A DNA stretch of 36,089 nucleotides from a candidate division FCPU426 bacterium (GTDB lineage Bacteria > Oederibacteriota > Muellerivitia > Muellerivitales > Muellerivitaceae). The translations under genes were made by a program, and so were the position numbers. The notes below the pieces were generated by a model, which was not told the origin of the DNA, made no database searches, and saw only the letters and a program-made list of their open reading frames with translations. Of the stretch, positions 27,301 to 34,413 are shown piece after piece; position 1 is the stretch's first letter, and every line of letters begins with the position of its first letter. The DNA lies in NCBI GenBank assembly GCA_963738405.1, contig CAVTWJ010000007.1:1-36089 (forward strand), read 5' to 3'.

Positions 27301-27499
27301 TTTCGCGCAGGCTTGGTATTACAGCGCCCTTTGCCGCAAGGGAATGGGGGACCCAAACTACACTTTGGATGAACAAAAGGCATACGAGGTCTATGACCGT
27401 TATCAATCAGCGGAGAGGATTGATCCCCTGGAAAAACTATTGGTGAGTCTTACCCCGGAACAGTTGCAAAGCCTCCGTCAGGAATTGAACATCAAGTGA
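24353..27499 (+). CDS. O-antigen ligase/Wzy_C family membrane protein with two ligase-like repeats and C-terminal TPR-like region
   Basis: 1048 aa. Two copies of the R..W......P..G.G.G.F...AH motif: RLELW..KPWLGWGLGCF..YAHDLPLQVLVELG and RFEIW..NPILGQGPGAF..YAHNEVLELLAAFG. TPR-like tail (LEPNFAQAWY). Confidence 0.85.
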   Translation: MKSILGMTLSAEAIWQTGFLILASFLLFNPPLANPLFTAIALGGGLVLTLFSPNLSMKPTHLGFLAWAFLSYALLSFIWSSQPGVSLVSAGFLFLAVLLFLSQAGWGKKTQERVELFGLLLALAAAVMGLEQRFFGLPALTQVLPSFYGEELDVIKAAIHNQRAFGPLVTPGALAALMIFFFPQAFIRAQIASGTKKNLFYLAALVLTAGLWSTQSVGALASMTLAVLIILAIRKSYKALGWVLGLGLAGVLYLIAQRGLYSWHLAAFSMRLELWNKAWQLFLMKPWLGWGLGCFGEAYQNLGYDPNTGSRYAHDLPLQVLVELGLPGLVLLLIAVFSILKRVKPQPRWEAWGVGTGLLSVLFFSLVDLPFQMPELAVLFAATAGRIELKNVGSNTFNFHFAMEVFGERLRERKIFGFNAIEWILLAVFLITGFWPPFRPWNFALLAVTLWAFAGLSGKTHDRISLWTLLGVSFFILRALASPSASGCVRFFELSGILLAFATVFPALPNKERFLKAFGFLGLIWALKVWWETFHYNEGGFSGWIHFQFSDVKDWIIFPNPKQIGLFLIPLLFLPFLFRHRKALWAASAAAFLTALRLKSGGALLGFFAGLSCFAKKKFLPWILGTGVVLLLGILALRAADPSSTKWGRFEIWDSALKVFAMNPILGQGPGAFAGLYHQVKEPREGGVSRYLMDARYAHNEVLELLAAFGLVGFTFLSAWLFLFWPGKDKAWNRVSALGLGAASLTDFCFHTPLIALWGTAFLNFKSSNDSPPRHQDTKKTRFLDIGKTSSPRETPFIAPNLTRGFLVLGIALGLFAVPVFIPQVTDKFESAITANQLPQALRYIQTAQNLNPWDMRLTAQKMDFLEKLYLSTGDPTWKQRADDAQDHLTAMEGTDGSLRFEKAQRLVARYNLRPDAESLNAAKDAWEMAQRALPFNAFVRFEKGMFYYGRGPGKSGIWNLTTALDGAEALRCFQQAQGLEPNFAQAWYYSALCRKGMGDPNYTLDEQKAYEVYDRYQSAERIDPLEKLLVSLTPEQLQSLRQELNIK
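26656..26692 (+). repeat. In-frame CACCAAGA x3 repeat inside CDS
   Basis: CAATGATTCAC-CACCAAGA-CACCAAGA-CACCAAGA-AA encoding NDSPPRHQDTKK in a hydrophilic loop. Confidence 0.8.
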
Positions 27500-27560
27500 T
27501 AACTGTTCGAATGAATAAAAGTTTCTTTCGCTTAATGATTTTAAACCAAATCGGATTTTA

Positions 27561-27651
27561 GCCACAGATTCATGGGATGCACACAGATGGCCCCCAAAAG
27601 GGCTTTTAATCTTTTGTGACTTTAATCCCATGTATCTCATGAATCTGTGGC
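27561..27651. repeat. Intergenic 91-bp MITE/REP-like element with 21-bp inverted arms
   Basis: GCCACAGATTCATGGGATGCA (27561-27581) pairs with TGTATCTCATGAATCTGTGGC (27631-27651): 19 Watson-Crick pairs plus 2 G-T. Confidence 0.8.
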
Positions 27652-27706
27652 AAGTATTTTTGTTGGCTGGAAATGTAAAATAACCAGTAAAGAGGCGCGC
27701 CGCGCA

Positions 27707-30016
27707 ATGATAAGCCAATGGGTTAAAAACCGAAAAAGTTGGGCGTTTGATCTTGGTATGGTGATCGCGTTGGCCGTGATACTGGCTTGTTTTTATGCCC
27801 CGGTGATTTGGGGCGGGCAATTGTTTATGTTCGTCGATGCCTCCCGGTTTTTTTACCCCCTGTGGAAATGGGGGGCGGGGGTTTTGGCTTCCGGCCGTCT
27901 GCCCCTTTGGAACCCCGCGGCCCAATTCGGCGTTCCCTTTTTCGCCGACCCCCAGATGGCCTATGCCTACCCGCCCGTTCCCCTTTTTTACGGCCTATTC
28001 AGCGCCGATAACGCCTTCGCCTGGCTGATCATCTTCCACCATTTTTGGGCGCTTTTTGGCTTTTGGCGTTTCGCGCGAAGGGAAGGCATGGGGTTGGGAG
28101 CGGCTTTTTTTGGCTGTCTGGCCTTTGGTTTTTCCCTTCACGTGGTTTGTTCTTCCTGGACCCCGGTGGCACTTTTTACCATCAGCTGGATTCCCTGGAC
28201 CGTCCAGGCGGCCCTTGCGCTTTACCGAGGGAAAAGGGGTGCGACGCTGGCCCTTTCTTTTTGCGCGGCGATGGAATTTTCAGCCGGGTACCCCGTTTTG
28301 GTTTACCTGACCGCGCTGGCCCTGGGCGCGGGGTTATTAATTAAATGCTTCAATGATTCACCACCAAACACTTCGGCCCGCAACCGAAGTGTCGATGACC
28401 AAGACACCAAGAAAGCCCCAAAGTTCGATAACGATAAAAAAAATAATTCCCGACAGAACCATAAGGGGAATTGGGGATGGGTGAAAGGCGCTGGTATAGC
28501 CTCGATCCTTGCCTTGCTCTACAACCTCAGCTGGATGTTGCCCTTCGCCGAATATTATCCTTATAGCAATTACGAGGGGGGCGGGAACCACCTGCAGGCC
28601 TTAGGGTTCAAGGACCTGGCCACCCTGCTGACACCCTTTTACCAGGGACATCCTTTGGAGGCCGGATACCAGGGGCCTCATTACTGGATCTCCACATACT
28701 ACTTAGGGCTTCCGGTTCTGGTTTTTATTTTGATGGGAGCGGCGGAGGGGGTTTTTACCTGGGCAGCGATGGCGGGTTTTTCAACGCTTGGAATATTAAG
28801 TCTGGGGGAAACCTTAGGAGTCGGGGGATGGCTGAAGACCATTCTTCCCGGCTATTCCTTGGTGATCCGGTCCGGCTTTTGGCTTCCGCTTTTTCTTTTT
28901 GGCGCGGCATGGATGGCGGGCCTGTCATTCGACCATCAGAAAAAAGAGGATGGACCGGGCTCCCGGGCGTTATTGGTTTGGGTTTTCTCGACGATGGGAA
29001 TTTTCGGCATCTCTTACCTATCGGGTAAACCTGCCCAGCCCGCTTTATTTTTGATTTCCGCTTTTCTGATGATGGCTTCCGCGCCTCTTTCTCCCTTGAA
29101 ACCTTACCTACGCCAAATCGCCTGGGTGCTGGCCCTTGGTTTCTCTCTTTTTCCGATCGCCTCGAGCGTGAATATCCTGCTCGATCGGTCCTATTACGAC
29201 CAGCCCCCCGTTTTGGTTTCCAACATGCCGGAACCGGGCAGGGTCTTTTTTACGCCGTCTTATATGAAGGACGCCTTTCGTCTTCAGGGTGCGAACTACC
29301 AGGATGCCTATGGAAAGGCCAAAAATGATCTCTACCCCAATTGGCCTTTAGCGGAGGGGCTGGAAGAAATTCCCTTCTACAACACCTTTCAGCTTTCCAC
29401 GACGAAGCCCTTCGCGCAGGAGGCCTTTCAATATTCGGAAGGACACACGAAAGAGGTTTTGGATTACCTGGACATCCGCTACCTACTGGGGACCAGCCGG
29501 TTGAAGGGTTTGAAATCCATCGCCCCGGCAGGTTCGGGGGAATGGCTTTACGAAAACAGCCTAGCGGAATCTAAATGGTATTCGGTATCGAAGGCCCAAG
29601 CAGCTGGTTCCATCGGGGATGATTTTAAAAAAGCCGCCAAGGAAAAATGGAATTACGGCCAAACCTGCACGGTGCAAGACCCGAACTTGGCCGGGGCCTA
29701 TGGCGTGAGGCCGGTGCGGATGATTTCCCGTTACGCCCAAGGGGTGGAAATCGAGGCGCCGGGGAAGGGAAGGGCGCTTCTGGTTTCATCCGAGGCAGCA
29801 TTCCCCGGTTGGAAGGCTTACGTGAACGGACAAGAAAAAAGCGTCGTGACGGTGAACCATTGTTTCCGGGGCGTGGAGTTGGAAGACGGGGAATGCCAGG
29901 TCGTTTTGACCTATAGCCCGGAATCGGTAAGGCTGGGGTTTTTCCTCGCATTGTTGGTTTGCGCTGTGTGGGTTTCAGGCTTAGGGTTTTTGGGGCTTGG
30001 CCTTCTTTCCTTTTAG
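27707..30016 (+). CDS. YfhO-family membrane protein (putative GT-C glycosyltransferase)
   Basis: ATG 27707 with AGAGG upstream (the track start 27647 lies in a repeat arm). FVDASRFFYP, GRLPLWNP..FGVPFFADPQ..YPP, C-terminal FPGWKAYVNG...FRGVEL...YSP. Confidence 0.85.
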   Translation: MISQWVKNRKSWAFDLGMVIALAVILACFYAPVIWGGQLFMFVDASRFFYPLWKWGAGVLASGRLPLWNPAAQFGVPFFADPQMAYAYPPVPLFYGLFSADNAFAWLIIFHHFWALFGFWRFARREGMGLGAAFFGCLAFGFSLHVVCSSWTPVALFTISWIPWTVQAALALYRGKRGATLALSFCAAMEFSAGYPVLVYLTALALGAGLLIKCFNDSPPNTSARNRSVDDQDTKKAPKFDNDKKNNSRQNHKGNWGWVKGAGIASILALLYNLSWMLPFAEYYPYSNYEGGGNHLQALGFKDLATLLTPFYQGHPLEAGYQGPHYWISTYYLGLPVLVFILMGAAEGVFTWAAMAGFSTLGILSLGETLGVGGWLKTILPGYSLVIRSGFWLPLFLFGAAWMAGLSFDHQKKEDGPGSRALLVWVFSTMGIFGISYLSGKPAQPALFLISAFLMMASAPLSPLKPYLRQIAWVLALGFSLFPIASSVNILLDRSYYDQPPVLVSNMPEPGRVFFTPSYMKDAFRLQGANYQDAYGKAKNDLYPNWPLAEGLEEIPFYNTFQLSTTKPFAQEAFQYSEGHTKEVLDYLDIRYLLGTSRLKGLKSIAPAGSGEWLYENSLAESKWYSVSKAQAAGSIGDDFKKAAKEKWNYGQTCTVQDPNLAGAYGVRPVRMISRYAQGVEIEAPGKGRALLVSSEAAFPGWKAYVNGQEKSVVTVNHCFRGVELEDGECQVVLTYSPESVRLGFFLALLVCAVWVSGLGFLGLGLLSF
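28351..28414 (+). repeat. In-frame CACCAAGA-family repeat interrupted by a hairpin, inside CDS
   Basis: CAATGATTCACCACCA...ACACTTCGG-CCCGCAA-CCGAAGTGT...ACCAAGACACCAAGAAA encoding NDSPPNTSARNRSVDDQDTKK. Confidence 0.75.
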
Positions 30017-30061
30017 GGTGAGGGTTTCGGGGCCTCGGTCGAGTTGTTATGATAAGGCCCC

Positions 30062-32290
30062 ATGAAAAACGACCCAATTTCCAAGGCCGTCGGGGCCATT
30101 CTTCTACTGAGTCTTCTGATCTGGGCTATCCGCTTTACCGGCCACTTTCCCGCCTTTGCCGACACGCTCGAATATGTTTTTCCCGAAAAATGGTTCAACG
30201 TGGAAAGCTTCCGTTCCGGACTCCTTCCCCTATGGAACCCCTATGTGGCTTGCGGCCAGCCCCACCTGGCGAATTTCCAGTCGGCTGTTTTTTACCCGCC
30301 CTTCTGGCTGTGGGGCCTGACGGGCCTGACCAATTGGTTTTTCTTTATGGCCCTGGCCCATTCCCTTTGGGGGGCGCTGGGGTTTTATCTTTGGATGGTG
30401 GAAAACAAAACCCACCCAACGGCTTCCGCCCTTTTAGGGATTAGCTACGGAACCTCGGCCATGGCGGCGCTTTACTGGGGTTTCCCCACCCACATGGCGG
30501 CCTATGCCTGGGTGCCATGGGTTTTCTGGGCCTGTTCAAACTATCTCCGACAGCCCCGCATTGGGGCCTGGGCGGGGGTTGTGCTTTGTTGGAGCCTCCA
30601 GCTTTTGGCGGGCTATCCCTATTTCACCCTCTATACCACCCTGTTCCTGGGTGTTTGGCTGTTGCGGGAAAGGCCGAATTTTAAAACAGTTTTGGGACTC
30701 GGGGCCGCCCTTCTCGCGGCTTTGGCTTTAACCTGCGCCCATTGGCTGCCCTTCGCCGATTTCCTCGGTTATTTACGCAGGGAAGGATGGCAGGACCCGG
30801 TCTATTGCCTCAGGTGGGTTAATTTCTTGACCCTGTTTTCCCCCAATGTTTTGGGCATCCCGGGAACCCAAGGATATGTGGGGGACTACCCCAATTTTAT
30901 TTTCGGCAATCTTTATTTAGGGCTGGTGCCGCTGGGGTTGTTCCTCTGGGCCCTGGGACCTAAGGGTGAAGGGCGGGGAAAATTTTGGGGGTTTTCGGCC
31001 TTAGGCGTTGGGGTCTGGATGCTGGGGGTTTATTTCCCGCCCTGGAAGCTTTTGCCGAAGAGGCTTTTGGAAACTTTTGAACCTACCAAGGCCGCCTTTT
31101 TGTTTGTCTTTTGCGCCCTGACGGCGGCGGGCACGGCCCTTTCAGGCCGGATATTTGATTCAAACCGGATGAGGCCCAACCGGAAAACACTTTCCCGCCA
31201 GGGGCTTTTGATTTGGGCCTTGGGAATTTTTTGGCTGATGGATGCCCTGGCCGTTCCTTACCGGGTTTTGCACCTGGTCGCCGATCCTTACCGCAATCCC
31301 CAGGTTGCCCAGGCCGCCCAGGGAGCCAAACAACTGGCGGGGGAAGGAAGAATCGTAAGCCTGCGCAGCCGTGAAAAATTATTCTCAGGCGATGTGCATG
31401 ATATCGAAAGCTCCCTCCTGGAGACGGCCTATACCCTTCGCCCCAATACCCAAGTGGTGTGGGGAATCCCTTCCGCGGTGGGGTATCTTTCCATTTACCT
31501 GAACGGCTACCAGAACTTGAGCCGCTACACGGAAAATTTTTTCCCTTATGACGGCAGGGTTTTGGACGCAGCCGACGCGAAGGTTTTGATCCTGCCGGAT
31601 AGGCTTTCCGCTTTCAAGTACAAGCTGGCCTATCCCCAGGGACCGGTTTTTGACGTTCAAAACGCCGGCGCCATGGCGGGGGCCTGGGAAGCGGACCAGG
31701 TTCGGGAATTCGACAACCGGCCTTCGGTATTTAACGCACTTTTGGACCCCCGGGCCTTTTTGGAAAACCAGGTCTTTACCGAAAAATCAACGGATGGCAA
31801 GGCGGTGCGGCTTCCGCCCGCGGGGAGGGTTTTGGAGGGGGACGCGAAGCCTTCGCTTTTGGACCAGGCAAAGGGCCTGCTGACCCAATGGGCCGGAAAA
31901 ATCTTCGACCTCAGCCCCGATTTGAAAACTTCCCGCCCCGGGCCCTGCGAGGCGGTGTTTGAGACCAACTCCCCCAGGCCGGGATATCTTGTTTTTGACG
32001 AAAGCTTCGCGCCGGGCTGGCGCGCCTGGTGCGATGGCAAGCCCGAAACCATCTTCAGGGCCTACGGCTATTGGATGGCGGCCATGATCCCGGAGGCGGG
32101 GGCCCACCGGATTGTTTTCCGCTATGAACCGGTCGCGGTGAGGTTGGGAATCTTTTTGTCCCTGGTTTTCGCGGTTTGTTTTGGAACCTCCATTTTTGGG
32201 GGAAGAAAGCGGCTTTTTTTAAAAGAGACGGAAAAGACCCTTTCTTTGAATCGCCAAGCAAAGCCCAAGCGGCGGTTTAGAAAGTCCTGA
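30062..32290 (+). CDS. YfhO-family membrane protein (putative GT-C glycosyltransferase)
   Basis: FADTLEYVFP, GLLPLWNPYVACGQPHLANFQSAVFYPP, QLLAGYP, ESFAPGWRAWCDG...FRYEP; paralog of the upstream gene. Confidence 0.85.
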   Translation: MKNDPISKAVGAILLLSLLIWAIRFTGHFPAFADTLEYVFPEKWFNVESFRSGLLPLWNPYVACGQPHLANFQSAVFYPPFWLWGLTGLTNWFFFMALAHSLWGALGFYLWMVENKTHPTASALLGISYGTSAMAALYWGFPTHMAAYAWVPWVFWACSNYLRQPRIGAWAGVVLCWSLQLLAGYPYFTLYTTLFLGVWLLRERPNFKTVLGLGAALLAALALTCAHWLPFADFLGYLRREGWQDPVYCLRWVNFLTLFSPNVLGIPGTQGYVGDYPNFIFGNLYLGLVPLGLFLWALGPKGEGRGKFWGFSALGVGVWMLGVYFPPWKLLPKRLLETFEPTKAAFLFVFCALTAAGTALSGRIFDSNRMRPNRKTLSRQGLLIWALGIFWLMDALAVPYRVLHLVADPYRNPQVAQAAQGAKQLAGEGRIVSLRSREKLFSGDVHDIESSLLETAYTLRPNTQVVWGIPSAVGYLSIYLNGYQNLSRYTENFFPYDGRVLDAADAKVLILPDRLSAFKYKLAYPQGPVFDVQNAGAMAGAWEADQVREFDNRPSVFNALLDPRAFLENQVFTEKSTDGKAVRLPPAGRVLEGDAKPSLLDQAKGLLTQWAGKIFDLSPDLKTSRPGPCEAVFETNSPRPGYLVFDESFAPGWRAWCDGKPETIFRAYGYWMAAMIPEAGAHRIVFRYEPVAVRLGIFLSLVFAVCFGTSIFGGRKRLFLKETEKTLSLNRQAKPKRRFRKS

Positions 32291-32340
32291 TTCGTATAAT
32301 CACCCGGCCTGCCGATTGAACTTGAGAAGAAAAGAGACGC

Positions 32341-33996
32341 TTGATGGATTCGGCCAAGACGAAGGTTTCGACTCACCGGCAGTCCCCGTTGGAGGGGACG
32401 TTGAGAGAGGGGAAGTATCCCCTTTGGGTTTACGCGTTCCTCCCGGCTTTGCTGACCGCTTTGTTCTATTGGTCCCTGTTTAAAAACGGTTTTGTCGGGT
32501 GGGACGACCCGGACATGATCCTCAATAATATCCACATTCGAAACTTGGATTTTGAATCCATCCAATGGATGTTCTCTAATTTTCACGCCGGTTATTGGAT
32601 CCCGATGACCTGGCTTTCTTATGCCCTCGACTTTCTCATCGGCCGTCTGGACCCGGCGCTTTACCACTTTACGAATCTTTTCCTTCACCTGTTGAATACG
32701 GCCCTGGTCTTTCAGGTTTGCCACAAGATCCTGAAAATAGGGAGTGAAAGATCCGGTTCCGATGGGGTTTTGGAACGGAAAATTTCTGAAATCCTTCCAG
32801 CCTTCATAACCGCCCTTCTGTTTGGGCTTCATCCGATTCAAGTGGAAACCGTGGCTTGGGCTTCCGAACGGAAGGGGGTACTTTGCGCTTTCTTTTATCT
32901 GCTGGCCCTGTGGTTCTATTTAAAATACGCGGCAGCCCTTGAACGAAAAGCTTCGTTTTATTGGGCCTGTTTTGGTTTTTTTCTTTTGGCGCTCATGTCC
33001 AAACCCATGGCCGTGACCCTTCCTTTTGTATTGTTGATCCTTGATGGATGGCCCTTGGGAAGGATTCGAAAAGACTTTTTCAAAGTGATTGCTGAAAAGG
33101 CGCTCTTTTTTGTCCTTATCCTATCGGATGGAATCCTGACGGCCCATTTCTATGCCCAAGTCAATGTTCTTCAAACCATCGAAAATTTCCCATGGTATTT
33201 CAGGGTCCTGACCGCGTTCCGGTCCCTTGGCTTTTATTTGGAGAAAATGGCGTTACCCCTGGATTTGGTTCCTCTCTATCCCCTGCCACGGACTCCGAAT
33301 AATGTGTATTACCTTGAGGGAGCCTTGGCGGCGGCGCTGGTGGTTTTTCTATCGGTCCTCTGTTTCAGTTTGCGAAACAAAAGACCCTATCTAGCCGCTG
33401 CTTGGTTTTTTTACCTTGTTACTTTGGGCCCGGTGCTTGGAATATTGAAGCTGGGATATCACGCCGCGGCGGACCGTTACGCTTACCTGCCTTGTGTCGG
33501 GGTTTTCTTTCTTTTGTCGGTTTGGATTTCCCCCCTCATCCTGAAACACCGCGCGGTAGGGTTTGGGGTATTCGCGGTGATCATGGGTCTATTGGGTTTT
33601 TTGACGGCGGGTCAAATCGGCGTTTGGAACAATACCACCGCCCTTTGGGAAACCGTGGTCCGGCATTATCCGGATGATTCCCCCTCTTTTGTTTATTCCA
33701 ACCTGGGCGCTTCATATCAGGTGGCGGGACGCTCAGAGGACGCCATGCGGGAATATGATGCCGCCATCGCCCTGCCCCCTCCCTGGCCCTCCGCCCACAA
33801 TGGAAAAGGAACCCTTCTTTTTGACAGGGGGAAAAGGGAAGAGGCGGTTCAAGAATTTAAGACGGCTATTTCTTTGGACGCGAATTACGCGCCGGCCCAT
33901 AAAAATTTAGCGGCGGCCTATCAAAAGATGGGAATGAATGAGGAAGCACAAACCGAAATGCGGGAAGCGCTCCGAATCGAGCAAGAAGCACATTGA
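32341..33996 (+). CDS. TMTC/PMT-like GT-C membrane protein with C-terminal TPRs
   Basis: FVGWDD, YWIPMTWLS, YHFTNLFLH, LFGLHPIQVETVAWASERK, LALMSKPMAVTLP, ADRYAYLP, then TPRs; start TTG 32341 or ATG 32344. Confidence 0.88.
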   Translation: MMDSAKTKVSTHRQSPLEGTLREGKYPLWVYAFLPALLTALFYWSLFKNGFVGWDDPDMILNNIHIRNLDFESIQWMFSNFHAGYWIPMTWLSYALDFLIGRLDPALYHFTNLFLHLLNTALVFQVCHKILKIGSERSGSDGVLERKISEILPAFITALLFGLHPIQVETVAWASERKGVLCAFFYLLALWFYLKYAAALERKASFYWACFGFFLLALMSKPMAVTLPFVLLILDGWPLGRIRKDFFKVIAEKALFFVLILSDGILTAHFYAQVNVLQTIENFPWYFRVLTAFRSLGFYLEKMALPLDLVPLYPLPRTPNNVYYLEGALAAALVVFLSVLCFSLRNKRPYLAAAWFFYLVTLGPVLGILKLGYHAAADRYAYLPCVGVFFLLSVWISPLILKHRAVGFGVFAVIMGLLGFLTAGQIGVWNNTTALWETVVRHYPDDSPSFVYSNLGASYQVAGRSEDAMREYDAAIALPPPWPSAHNGKGTLLFDRGKREEAVQEFKTAISLDANYAPAHKNLAAAYQKMGMNEEAQTEMREALRIEQEAH

Positions 33997-34136
33997 TTTT
34001 GTCTTAGACCTTTCCTGCTGATCTATCCTTCTCTTGGCTTCTCATCCCATTGAGACTTGAAGACCCATCGGATCAATTTTTTTATTGAGTGCGATGAGAA
34101 GTCATTACGTACAAAAAATAATTTTTAAAATCATAA

Positions 34137-34286
34137 TGAAACCGTTACCAAAGAATGTTTATGGAACCGGTTACAAAGAATGGGTTTAAAGTTCAACTCT
34201 TGAATCCGGTACCATTTCGATAGTACTTGGCGTCGAAAATTATTTTGGATAACGAATGACCCTTTTTATTCGTGGAAGCGCTTCAA
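34137..34286. promoter_or_regulatory. Cluster of four LacI-family (cre-like) operator-like sites
   Basis: 14-mers centred on CG: TGAAACCGTTACCA 34137-34150, TGGAACCGGTTACA 34162-34175, TGAATCCGGTACCA 34201-34214, TGGAAGCGCTTCAA 34273-34286. Confidence 0.55.
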
Positions 34287-34413
34287 TGTTCAAGCTTTAA
34301 ACGGCCAACTCTGTAAAAATTAATACGGGGAGAGGTGACCTTTTCCCCCAAAAATTTATTCAGGCCCCCGATTCGAGAACAAAAATCGTTTTATCGGCTG
34401 GACCTAGAGCGGC

